Of a stretch of DNA of 64,000 bases, positions 1-11,215 are shown piece after piece. This DNA is from Octopus vulgaris. Its lineage: Eukaryota. The stretch's first letter is position 1. Each line of letters opens with the position of its first letter. A program made the translations under genes and the position numbers. The notes beneath the pieces were generated by a model. That model did not search any database and had not been told where the DNA came from. It worked only from the letters and a program-made list of their open reading frames with translations. The stretch covers positions 155,062,001 to 155,126,000 of the forward strand of contig OX597814.1 in NCBI GenBank assembly GCA_951406725.2. Direction: 5' to 3'.

Positions 1-234
1 AAGCTAGGGATAATATATCCAGACAGGCACCGTTCAAGCACTCTAATATAACTCAAGTTATGGTTGACCGCATTGAAAATCATTAACAGGAATGAAATCT
101 GGATGCAGATGAACAAACATGGTACAAATGAAAACCACTTCGTGAGATATCCATGCAGCAGAAACATATGTCGGAGAGAGCTTTAATTTAAATATGGTGT
201 ACAAATTACTTTGATAATAATTTATTTGAATTGT

Positions 235-302
<68 letters not shown>

Positions 303-1729
303 TAAACGTTAAAAAAACACAAACTGGGACAAGAACGTGAAACATTTTGAAGACGGCAAAAAAACACACAGACGGGACTTTCGAAGCTCTCAGTCATCAG
401 TCAAGAACCAGATCATCTTCGCAATTTCGGCTGATTAATCTTGAGATTGCTCCAATCTGGGCAGCCAACCAAGGGAAATCTAAGCCAATCGCATTAGATT
501 CCTTGGAAGAAAACCTCGAAAGTATACAACACGGTGACGGAAAAACGGACGATGTTACTCGAAAAAAAAAAAATTCAAAAATACGTAAAAACAATAAAGA
601 AAGCACGGATAAAAATACAAAATAACTTAAAAACAATCATAACAAAACCAGGACGTCAGGACAAGCGTCTTTCGACAGGACGAGTTGAGTATAGGGCTGG
701 CTGTGCACACGGATTTTTTGAAATTCCCCACAATCTGTGCCCTGGCACATTCCCAAGAAAGTGAACGCTTCTTGTCTGCAAGAAATTTGGTTAAAACAAT
801 GTTCTTGCTGAAGCTATCTGCCTGTGTTTTCCATCGGTCTCCCGTCTCTTATATCTGTGATTGGAAAAAACTGCGCGTTCGAATATAACAAATGATGTGT
901 ATTGTTTGAAGAATGAGAACTGTAATGTTCAGTTTTAATTCTTCATCTCTTTTATTGTTACGAATTTATATTTACAAGGGACACTACCATTTTAGGGAAA
1001 GAAAGACAAGTTACATTGACAAGTACTGTTTATGAAGGAAAAAAATTTACGTTCATTGAGAAGGTAGAAAAATGTTTGTGGAAGTAGGAAATGTTTTAGT
1101 TTTAGGGTAACATTTCTTTTTACAATCTAACAAGTTGACAGAGACGGGACGATGATTACTGCCATGATCGAAAATTTGGCGGTTGTCATGCCTCGTTGCT
1201 CATATCCACAGATTCGATCTCTTTTATTGAGTTCAGAACTAATCTTCCTGGATAAATCTATGGTGAAATTATGGCATGTCTCATAATTTTATTGGCCATG
1301 TTATTGTAAATGTCATCATTCATTTTGAAAGATCCTGTTGGTTAAAGCATACTTTATTTGAAAAGAAAACATTCGGAGTTAAAACTGAGGCAGAGATCTG
1401 CTACATTGCTGAAATTGATAGCTGATGCGGGTAGGTTCGATTACTGTCTGGTATCATTTGCGATAGATGTTTGCCAAGAGAGGGGTGAGCAAGAATGTTA
1501 TATATCCATAAAACTCGTAAAGCAGATTACACAATCAAAAATATATGCTTCTCATCCATTCTACTCATCACTGACTACACCCATGGCGCTTTTATCGGCA
1601 ACAATACAAATTTTTGATCAAGAACAACAAAAACATCAAGGTAAAGGTTTTCCACTGTTTTCTGTCACGAAATAGTTGGCCAAAATATGGTTGGAAAACC
1701 ACATTTGCTGGTAATCAAATAGCAAGCAC

Positions 1730-2187
1730 TAGTGTGATCTGTCAAAGGACTGATTCTAGTATTGTTAAGATATCGTGTCTATTTAACCCAGGTTTATCAA
1801 ACGGATTTCCTGCCCTCGTGTCTAACAGTATGCGCCTTAAGAACTATTTTCGCTAGCAAGTCCGGCGCGAGTATAAACAACAACTACTCTGAATGCATCA
1901 CCGTCAAGTCCACCAACCTGCTATCCAGTCGAAGAAGGGCGTTCATACCACAAACCCGAAATAATTTCCCAAGTAATATTCCCATTCTGCTTTATTCAGT
2001 CCTACCGAAACATACGTACACTTCGTTGCTGTGAAGAAGCCCGTGTGGACTGTGTGCAGGAAATAGTGGCCTCACTGATGGTCACCACATCCAAAACCAG
2101 TGATTTTAAGTTATTAAGTAATTGAGTTCGCTTCTCAACCGATTCTAGACCATGCACATTTACAAAATCGAGTCTTACTATAAGCAT
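1730..2187 (-). pseudogene. Degenerate apurinic-like endonuclease (ORF2 N-terminus) of an L1/Tx1-type non-LTR retrotransposon
   Basis: ORF 2002..2187 reads VNVHGL..KR..LL..LKSL.LDVVTISE (APE N-terminal pattern NxxGL...D(V/I)xxxxE). Frameshifted continuation gives SRLVDL / DAFRVVVVYT (cf. GRL...FRLVxVYAP) and PLTDH near 1735-1750 (cf. SDH). Confidence 0.6.
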
Positions 2188-2579
2188 GTTACGTGGAGAA
2201 TAAGTAGAGGCCGTTTATCTTCGTCCCAAAGAAATGTTAAGACACTATTCTTGGTGAGACAAGAGGAGATTCATTGAAAGGCCTTTCCAAAAAGCTATTA
2301 TCCGCTAGCACGTTTAACACACGACCTTTCTTACGGAAATATTTATAAGACAGCCTCGACGTGTTTACCTTATACAAACCGGACAGTATCTAATTCAGAA
2401 CACGTTCATCCGTTTTTAAGTATAAGTGGTTTATAAGACTGTGTAAGCCATGTAGCAGATATCCAATCGGCCGCTTGATCTAATAATTAACACATCTGAA
2501 TCAAAGAAGATCTCGAAACACGCGCATCTTCGATGAAAGATTCTCGTATAAGTGTATTATATTTGATTTTAATTTACAA

Positions 2580-3090
2580 AGTAACATTATAATTAAAAAA
2601 AGTACCATCATTGACACACTAGAATACTTAAAAAATTAGAGCCAGAAGTACTAATATAGCTAAAGTTTTAGGCAAAGTAGAATAGTATATAAGATAGGCA
2701 AATTCATTACGTAAAAAATAGGCATTGGGTCAAGACTAAGAATGTGAAGGTTTGACAATAACTTAGGGAATAACTGAAGCAAATTTTACTGTGAATTTGC
2801 TGTTATAGGTAGATTTTACTGTTGTATATAACTAATTTTTGTATTATTCTACTAACTAATTATGTACTACTAATATTTTTATAACCTATTTTAAAATTTC
2901 TAATTATTAATTAATAATTTTAAAAAAAATGAATTTTTAAAGTGCATAAAAAATTTTGAGTTATTTTTAATTTTTAATAGAATTAACAAGTAATAACAAA
3001 TAGAAGTAATAACTTGTAATAAAAGTTTTAGTTTTAATGAATGCTAGTAATTCCTAAATCTAAATAATTTTATTTGAAATTCTATCCTTA
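2580..3090 (-). pseudogene. Possible very old NUMT of the mitochondrial cytochrome b 3' half
   Basis: Very AT-rich. Minus-strand translation around 2600-2725 gives YFLRNEFAYLIYYSTLPKTLAILVLLALIF/SILV, resembling cytb [23 protein letters not shown]..SILV. Upstream DRIS....ELLAF resembles DKIP....DLLGF. Many stops and frameshifts. Confidence 0.35.
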
Positions 3091-3240
3091 GCTGAAGTAT
3101 TTTAAGTAAACATTTTCTTGTTCTGTACTTTACCAGATGTAATAACTTGTCCTAAACTTTTCCAAGTGTAATAACTTGTCCTGTGCTTTTCAGATTTATA
3201 ATCTTAAGAATGTTATTTCTCTTGCCCGCATTTTTCCATG

Positions 3241-3340
<100 letters not shown>

Positions 3341-3349
3341 ATATGTGTG

Positions 3350-3385
<36 letters not shown>

Positions 3386-3388
<3 letters not shown>

Positions 3389-3745
3389 TCTTTTACTCTT
3401 TACTTGTTTCAGTCATTTGACTGCGGCCATGCTGGAGCACCGCCTTTTAGTCGAGCAAATCGACCCCGGGACTTATTCTTTGTAAGCCCAGTACTTATTC
3501 TATCGGTCTCTTTTGCCGAACCGCTAAGTGACGGGGACGTAAACACACCAGCATCGGTTGTCAAGCAATGCTAGGGGGACAAACACAGACACACAAACAT
3601 ATACACATACACACATATATATATATATACATATATACGACAGGCTTCTTTCAGTTTCCGTCTACCAAATCCACTCACAAGGCATTGGTCGCCCCGGGGC
3701 TATAGCAGAAGACACTTGCCCAAGATGCCACGCAGTGGGACTGAA
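3386..3745 (-). mobile_element. SINE family A (tRNA-derived, internal microsatellite, (AAAAGAGT)n tail), head truncated
   Basis: Near-identical to copies at 10813, 49856 and 50977. B box GGTTCAGTCCC partly present at the right end. Confidence 0.9.
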
Positions 3746-3773
3746 AGACACTTGCCAAGATATATGTATATAT

Positions 3774-3928
3774 ATACGATGAGCCCCTTTCAGTTACTGT
3801 CTACCAAATCCACTCACAAGGCTTTGGTCTCCCTGAGATTGTATTAGAAAACAGTTTCCCAAGGTTTCACGTAGTGGAACTGAAGCCGGGAACATGTGGT
3901 TGGGAAACAAGCTTCTTAACACATAGCC
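3774..3928 (-). mobile_element. SINE family A, 5' half, diverged
   Basis: Homology to the family A head (ctaccaaatccactcacaagg...catgtggttggg). Confidence 0.8.
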
Positions 3929-4155
3929 CGCAAGCGTGGTTGCGTAGTAAAATGTCTGCTTCCCAACTACATGGCTCCGGGTTCAGTCCCATTGCGTGAC
4001 ATGTCGGACGCGTGTCTTCTACAATAGCCTCAAGCCGACCTAAGCCTTGAGAGTGGATTTGGTAGACAGAAACCGAAAGAAGCCTGTAGTATATGTGTGT
4101 ATTTGTATTTATGTTACTATGTCTTTGTGTCTATTTGTCGCCCTCACCATCGCTT
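3929..4155 (+). mobile_element. SINE family A, 5' part, diverged, head-to-head with the previous copy
   Basis: A box-like TGGTTGCGTAG, B box GGTTCAGTCCC, then gagtggatttggtagac. Confidence 0.8.
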
Positions 4156-4297
4156 AAATTAGTATACCTACTGTACCATCATACCCCTTTTTCCTTTATT
4201 TTATAAAACCTCACTTTCTTACATAATATAATTCAAATATATATATGTATACAAAATACAATAAGATATTATAATAATATATTAATATATTAAGATA

Positions 4298-4441
4298 TAC
4301 ATTATTTACATTTGACGGATATTTGTCCTCATCTTGTTTGTTGTCAACACAACGTTTCGGCTGATATACCCTCCAGCCTTCATCAGGTGTCTTGGGGAAA
4401 TTTCGAACCTGGGTTCTCATTCCTAAGCTATTTTTTCGATG
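4298..4441 (-). repeat. Short hammerhead-bearing repeat (Penelope pLTR-like), left member of an inverted pair with 6364-6487
   Basis: Reverse complement matches 6364-6487, which has an ~18-bp deletion. Abuts (ATT)n. Confidence 0.85.
4346..4391 (-). ncRNA. Minimal type-I hammerhead ribozyme motif
   Basis: Minus strand: GACAC-CUGAUGA-A-GGCUG(loop)CAGCC-GAA-ACGU-U-GUGUU. Stem I 5 bp, stem II 5 bp, palindromic ACGU in place of stem III. Confidence 0.7.
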
Positions 4442-4442
4442 C

Positions 4443-4518
<76 letters not shown>

Positions 4519-4519
<1 letters not shown>

Positions 4520-5517
4520 TATGTTTGACATTTGCTTTATGTCTGTACAAGTTGGCTCCAAGTCTCACCCAGAGACCTCAAGAGACAACAGGTTGTAAGT
4601 TCTGTGCCATATATTTGGGGGGGGGTTTGGTGTTGTACTAGTGAATGTCTAATACATAAAAATAAAAAAAAAAAAAGAAGTTTGTTTTAAACCTTGGGAT
4701 TACATAGAGAGTATTTTGCGTAGGATATGAGCAGTTCCCATGAGCACTATCTTTTGAATTTCTGCCATTTTGGGGTTTCCTGGTATCTGAGTTAGGTAGC
4801 AATCAGTCCCTTTCGCTATCATTCCCAGGGCACCTATGACAACATGTATTGTTTTAGTCTTCAGCTTCCACATTTTGCTGATTTCTATTTCAAGATCTTT
4901 ATATTTGCTCAGTTTTTTGGTAGGTCTTGACAGATACGTTTATATCGATTGGGACAGTCATATCAATGAGGAGGCATGTTCTTTGTCTGAAGTCTTTCAA
5001 TATGATGTCTGGCCTATTTGCATCTATCTTCCAGTCAGTTTGAATGGTGAAGTTCCAGAGGAGTGAGATGTGGTCATTTTCAAGCACTGGGGGTGGATTG
5101 TGTTCCCACCAGTTTTTTTCATGGGGAAAATCCAGGCTTTTGCAAATTACCCAGTATATATATTGTGCAGCTCTATCATGCCTGTTGAGGTACTCTGTAG
5201 GCGCTAGAAGACTGCATTTGGAGACAACATGATCAATGGTTTCATTTTGTTGTCGGCATACACGACATGTTGGGCTACTGCCGTTCTTTAATATGTTGGC
5301 CTGGTAGTTTCTTGTTGGTAGGCATTGATCTTGAGCTGCTATGATAAACCCCTCTGTTTCAGATTTTAAGCCAGAGGCCATTAGCCATTGATGGGTCAGG
5401 GCTTTGTCAATATCTGCATTATTCGCTCTCTTTGGGTATTTTCCATAGAGAGGTTTTTCTTGCCATTTATTATTCAGAATATCTAAGGCCGCAGTTTTGG
5501 CACGGGTTTTCATGCGC
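4519..5517 (-). mobile_element. 5'-truncated RLE-type non-LTR retrotransposon (R4/Dong-like), 3' end, inserted in (TAA)n
   Basis: CRVC..ETIDHVVSKC zinc knuckle, RHD, NRPDII, LIDMTVP restriction-like endonuclease motifs. (ATT)n tracts on both sides. Confidence 0.9.
4700..5513 (-). pseudogene. C-terminal CCHC + RLE domain of the R4/Dong-like element, one frameshift near 4915
   Basis: ORF 4899..5513 continues after a poly-T slip as LSKYKDLEIEISKMWKL...GTAHILRKILSM*. Confidence 0.85.
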
Positions 5518-5522
5518 TATTA

Positions 5523-5594
<72 letters not shown>

Positions 5595-5662
5595 TTATTA
5601 TTATCATTATTATTATTATTGTTATTATTATTGTTATGTTATTCATATTATTGTTATTATTA

Positions 5663-5740
5663 TTCAGATCACTGCCTGGAATGGAACTCGGAATCTTGAG
5701 ATTAGTAGCCCGCGCTCTTAACCACTACGCCATATGCCCA
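5663..5740 (-). mobile_element. Mini tRNA-like SINE (~80 nt) with (AAT)n tail
   Basis: A box TGGCGTAGTGG, B box GAGTTCCATTCC, runs directly into (AAT)n. Confidence 0.75.
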
Positions 5741-5747
5741 CGGTCAC

Positions 5748-5791
5748 ACTAACCCCAAGATTCCGAGTTCGATTCCAGGCAGTGACCTGAA
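5748..5791 (+). mobile_element. 5'-truncated inverted copy of the same mini-SINE with (AAT)n tail
   Basis: caagattccgagttcgattccaggcagtgacctgaa is the reverse complement of 5663-5700 with 2 mismatches. Confidence 0.75.
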
Positions 5792-5868
<77 letters not shown>

Positions 5869-6094
5869 CCCGATTGAAGGTGGTAGTTGGGACAATCATT
5901 ACTATAGACTCAGCTGACAGACGGATCCGTCTCACATGTGAAAGCAGCTGTTCGATATCACAAGTCAGCAAGCTCGGACACTGAACGAGTGCGTGCAGAA
6001 CGGTTTCGTCACTCTGCGCGCACCTTGAACAAGTCCATCTAACAGCACAACCATGCCTGTAGAGATTTTCTCGAACCGGTAGCGCCCCCTGGCA

Positions 6095-6290
6095 GCACTA
6101 CCAGGCCAAGGACATCTGGAAATTATCCATGATAGTAAAACATCTACAAAAATCAGCATTGCTTGGAACTGCAAGAATTCTTCGCAAGGTTCTTGAAGCA
6201 CACTACACACTGTGTCACTTTAGTCTGCTGGCTGCAGACAACTGACACTTTCCATCATACCCAGAAAAATGAGCTGTAAGTTTTCATCAC

Positions 6291-6291
<1 letters not shown>
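6095..6291 (+). mobile_element. Extreme 3' end of a second R4/Dong-like LINE followed by (AAT)n
   Basis: Translates HLQKSALLGTARILRKVLEA, homologous to IQKIVLMGTAHILRKILS of the 4.7-kb element. Confidence 0.7.
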
Positions 6292-6354
<63 letters not shown>

Positions 6355-6363
6355 CAACAACAA

Positions 6364-6487
6364 CATCGAAAAATACCTTAGAAATTTCTCCAAGGCACCT
6401 GATGAAGGCTGGAAGTTATATCAGCCGAAACGTTGTGTTAATAACAAACAAGATGAGGACAAATATCCGTCAAATGTAAGTAATGTA
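6364..6487 (+). repeat. Short hammerhead-bearing repeat, right member of the inverted pair with 4298-4441
   Basis: Reverse-complement homology to 4298-4441. Preceded by (AAT)n. Confidence 0.85.
6394..6439 (+). ncRNA. Minimal type-I hammerhead ribozyme motif
   Basis: GGCAC-CUGAUGA-A-GGCUG(GAAGUUAUAU)CAGCC-GAA-ACGU-U-GUGUU. The A>G change in stem I relative to the 4.3-kb copy keeps pairing (G-U). Confidence 0.7.
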
Positions 6488-6586
6488 CATAATTCCTCAT
6501 CTCTTTCATATAGAATTATATTAAGATATATTAAATACGTTATACTATAGGTGGCCGTAGCAATTAAAACCCAAAAGGTAAAATTA

Positions 6587-6693
6587 ATAAATGAGGGTGC
6601 AAAATAGTACCTGCAATTGCTAGAAATGCGTGGCTGTTCGAGTTAAAGTTTGGCTCTGATTTCTAGCAATTGCGGGTACTATATTGCACCCTC

Positions 6694-6699
<6 letters not shown>
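6587..6699. repeat. Inverted repeat, 41-bp arms, ~31-bp spacer (hairpin / tiny MITE)
   Basis: ataaatgagggtgcaaaatagtacctgcaattgctagaaat ... atttctagcaattgcgggtactatattgcaccctcatttat, 2 mismatches. Confidence 0.9.
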
Positions 6700-6751
<52 letters not shown>

Positions 6752-7074
6752 TGAAAGGTATAATGAAAAAACGCTCCAATTGGTAAAACAACTTTATAAG
6801 CATTCCCATATTATCATAAATCGAATATAAATATATATTAAAACATCAGGGCACCCAATGGTAAAGCCCAATAGTATAAAATATACGTACATATACGAAT
6901 GGAAGGTAATAAAACCTAAAAGAGTAATACGAGTGAATTCGAATGAAGAATAATATATGGATTAAATTAATGCATAATAAAAGCGACTAAAAATTTAAAG
7001 CAATGAAATCAAAATAATATAGATACATAGATATAAAAAATATTGAGCTTATACAGGAATTTCTCTCTCTTTCC

Positions 7075-7114
<40 letters not shown>

Positions 7115-7279
7115 GTATATTATATTAAATTAGAGACAAAAACCACTATTAGGCAAATCATACAATAAAAAACTTAAGCCAAAACATAAGATTATTTAAT
7201 TTATATTATTTAAATATATAACAAAATTATTTAAAAAATATAATTAATATATCACTACGATCGTTTCATATATGTATAT

Positions 7280-7333
<54 letters not shown>

Positions 7334-7554
7334 TTTTATTGTATGTTTATTTTCTTTCTTCACAGTTGTGTTGTGCGTTCACTCGCAATTCCCAGTATCT
7401 TCTCGCTGTTGATACTACCAAAAATGAGAAGCATCGTTAAACACATGAAACTGTTAGGATTTTTTCGACGATAACTGACGAGGAATGAGCAACGTCTGTG
7501 TCTCAAATTTTTCCTTTGTTCCTTTGTCATGTTTCTCTTTTAATCTTGGAAACT

Positions 7555-7601
<47 letters not shown>

Positions 7602-8811
7602 TTCTGATCGTAACTATCTTTCTAATATTTACTGATATTACTCGTAAGCATTTCTCGCATAGACACAACACCACAGTTTTGCAAGTGGACTGTTATCGTC
7701 AAAAGATTCAATCTCAGTACTGATCCAACCCCACGTAACGTTGAATTGCAAACCCCTGTTCAAATCCCTGCTAGATTTGAACATAGAACATAAAATGATG
7801 AATCTTTATACTGCCAATTTACAATCATTCCAATATTTGCTAATATAAAGCGTTGATTAATTATATTTGAAGTATATAATGAAACAGTTGGAAAATATAT
7901 TTTATTGCGGAATTGATTTCATCACGTTTTCTACTTCATAGTGTTTTTCTTCAAATTGCCGATAGTATTAGAATATCTATATCAGACTGCCTTAACCTCA
8001 AGTCATGTAGGAATTTTCAATATGTAGTAACTTCATTAACAGTTTATTTATCTAGATTATAGAAACTTCTCATGGGACGCAAACAACTTAACAGAAAAAA
8101 GTACTTAGATGGAATACGTCACAAATAGCGTCAGCGAAATTTTGAAATCAAAAGTAAGAATTTATATCTAAATATTATTTTCAGTATATTTATTTATTTA
8201 TTTGTTTATTTATTCTTCAGTTTCTTTGACACGAGATTAATAAAGTAAAGATTATTTCTGTAAATCCGAAACAGGAAGGGATGATGGTATGAAATTTAAA
8301 TTACCAACTTATGACGAAATTCTGAAATGTTTACATCGATTCAGATTCAATTTTTATATCTTTTTCAATTTGAAAACCAAATTTCTAACTAAAATTTCAG
8401 TCATTGCTGTGAATACAATATCATAAACATTGAATTCAGCCGCGCCTGGACAATGTTATGATGTTGCTCCAAGCCGTATTAGGCTGCTGTCTAACGCAGC
8501 TCTATATTACACAAGCTAGCGAGGTAACCATAATGTAGCCGTGCGATTTGCTAGAAATAGCCACCAAATCTCTCTCAACTCATATCCATCCGTTTTTTTG
8601 TTTCTTTTTTTTTTATTTCACATTAGCTGATGATAGGATAGTCACCATTGGACTGCTTTCGACCATAGGAACAAACCTGGCATTAAACAATACTTTGTGT
8701 TGCTTATTACGCTTAAGTATCTTAACGCAGCTTCAACTTTAATATTCGATATATTTATATTTCATCAAACACTTTATCTCAAAAATAAACAACAGTATCA
8801 GCAGGGGTAAC

Positions 8812-9005
8812 AGGAGGCGCAATGGCCCATTGGTTAGGGCAGCGGACTCGCGGTCGGAGGATCGCGGTTTCGATTCCCAGACCGGGCTTTGTGTGTGTTT
8901 ATTGAGCGAAAACACCTAAAGCTTCACGTGACCCCGGCAAGGGGGTGGGTGGGATGGCGACCCCTGTTGTACTCTTTCGCCCCAACTTTCTCTCACTCTG
9001 TCTTC
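8812..9005 (+). mobile_element. SINE family E (tRNA-derived)
   Basis: A box TGGCCCATTGG, B box GTTTCGATTCC. Homologous to 34393-34671 (minus strand). Confidence 0.85.
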
Positions 9006-9508
9006 TTGTTTCTTGTTTCCGACTTCCTACGCAACCGCTGAGCCTAGATGCGCATTCATCCATCCGTCGATGCTCTCGGTGTCGGGGGTTGACCTGCTTT
9101 CTCTTCTGCGGGTCTTACGAATAGCAAAGGACCACGTTTCGGACTTCTCCCATCTTGCGAGCTCTGGGACGAAGACCGTTCGCTCAACAGCAACAGCAGG
9201 GGCAACAGTTATAATAACAACAGAAGAGGCAAGTATTGATAACAGCACCATTAGTTTACGAGTTGTAAGTCATGTAGACGGTTAAGTCGACAGTCATAAA
9301 ACGTCGGGACGCTCGGAAGAATGGCTTTGAAATAATAACAAACGAAGAATTTATTTATGTGTGTATGCATTTGTTTGCTTATTTGTTTATTATGCTGACG
9401 GGTATTTTGCGATTTTCCTTTGAAGCGACCGGAAGTTGACGCCTTCTGTTGTGGAGGGAGTAAGAGAGAGGGATATATATATGTGTGTGTATATATTTTT
9501 TATATATA

Positions 9509-9540
<32 letters not shown>

Positions 9541-9588
9541 GTTAAGGTATGTAGAAAAATACAACATGGACAAGAACGTATAACTCTT

Positions 9589-9651
<63 letters not shown>

Positions 9652-10309
9652 TACATAGCTACATAGATACATATGTATACACAAGTATTTCTATATAGAG
9701 AGGTAGAAAAAGAGAGAGAGAGAGAGACAGAGAGACAGAGACAGACAGAGAAAGAGGGAAATAGAGAGAGTGAGAGAGAAAGAGATAAAGAAAGGGAGAG
9801 AAAGAGAGAACGGGGACAGAATTTTTTTTATCACAGATGCGGCAATCTTATCAAACCGGAAAGAATGAACTAAAACCAAGATTGATTAAGCAAAAGTTGA
9901 TAAAATATAAAAAAAAAAATTGAAGATCATGACCTTTCCATTTTTCAAGAGGTCAACAGGTTCATTTGTTTATTTCTTCTGTATTATTCCAATTGAAGTT
10001 ACAAGTGATTTTGGGTAGAATTATAGATTTAAATACATTTAATTACCTTTCTAAGTAGTTGTTGTAGACACCCGTAAGTAAACCACATGTCTATTTCGAG
10101 AAAACGTAGCTGTTTCCGCGTTCGTTCGACCCGCTAGAAATAGCAGCTAAAATTACCTGACATTGCACCCTTAAATATCCCAGACATCTTTACTCATTGT
10201 GTCCAGCAATGTATAAAATATACGACCTACCAAAAAATACATTATAATATGAACATTGGCGTGTTAATTTTACTTAACTTTCTATCGACGGTTTTATGAA
10301 AGTCAAGGA

Positions 10310-10725
10310 GAATCTTTTCGGTTTGAACGGCAGTTTTTTCTAGCGGTGTCATATGAAATTGTCACCCATAATTATGACCCTAGTATCGATCTATTGCATT
10401 TCAATTTGTTTTAGGGTTAGGCTTAGGGTTAGGGGTGGGGGGAAGGGTATCTTTTTTTCTTCACAAAATTAAATAAACCCAATCTGTTTCTTAAGCATAT
10501 TCATACGGCACAGAATGTTTTTTTTACCTCAATGGACGTCATTGATTGGTTGAAATTGGAGAAATTGAAGAAAAAACAACAAATATCTTACAAACTATAG
10601 AATTTTCTCAATATAGACAAGAGAAAAAGATGTTTTATAAACACATTCTACCAGTATACGAAGTTTAAAAGTTTTTAGTTACCTAGAAATTATGTTAAAA
10701 ACTGCCGTTCAAACCGAAAAGATCC
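10310..10725. mobile_element. MITE with 27-bp TIRs and internal TTAGGG-like repeats
   Basis: atcttttcggtttgaacggcagttttt ... aaaaactgccgttcaaaccgaaaagat. (T/C)CAAGG on both flanks. Confidence 0.9.
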
Positions 10726-10812
10726 GCCAAGGATGTTATAGAGTCGCAAATAAAATTCTAACACCAGTTCGAAACTGTTGGCTTTTTTCCCTGTCCACGA
10801 TAGATGTTCACG

Positions 10813-11215
10813 TACTCTCTCTTTTACCCTTTTACTTGTTTCAGTCATTTGACTGCGGCCATGCTGGAGCACCGCCTCTAGTCGAGCAAATCGACCCCGG
10901 GACTTATTCTTTGTAAGCCCAGTACTTATTTTATCGGTCTCTTTTGTCGAACCGCTAAGTGACGGGGACGTAAACACACCAGCATCGGTTGTCAAGCAAT
11001 GCTAGGGGGACAAACACAGACACACAAACATATACACACACTTATATATATATACATATATACGACAGGCTTCTTTCAGTTTCAGTCTACCAAATCCACT
11101 CACAAGGCATTGGTCGGCCCGGGGCTATAGCAGAAGACACTTGCCCAAGATGCCACGCAGTGGGACTGAACCCGGAACCATGTGGTTGGTTAGCAAGCTA
11201 CTTGCCACACAGCCA
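10813..11215 (-). mobile_element. SINE family A, near full length
   Basis: A box TGGCTGTGTGG, B box GGTTCAGTCCC on the minus strand. High identity to other A copies. Confidence 0.92.

Noticed and set aside
1-1700. YVGES (GIY-YIG-like, +, ~160-180), ADKS and NHRPVS (RT-like, -, 1140-1610)
   Set aside because: Isolated short motifs in broken frames. Probably retroelement debris, but not assignable.
9425-9445. ETS-like ACCGGAAGT motif (and CCAAT boxes near 58410-58455)
   Set aside because: Single short motifs with no associated gene are expected by chance.
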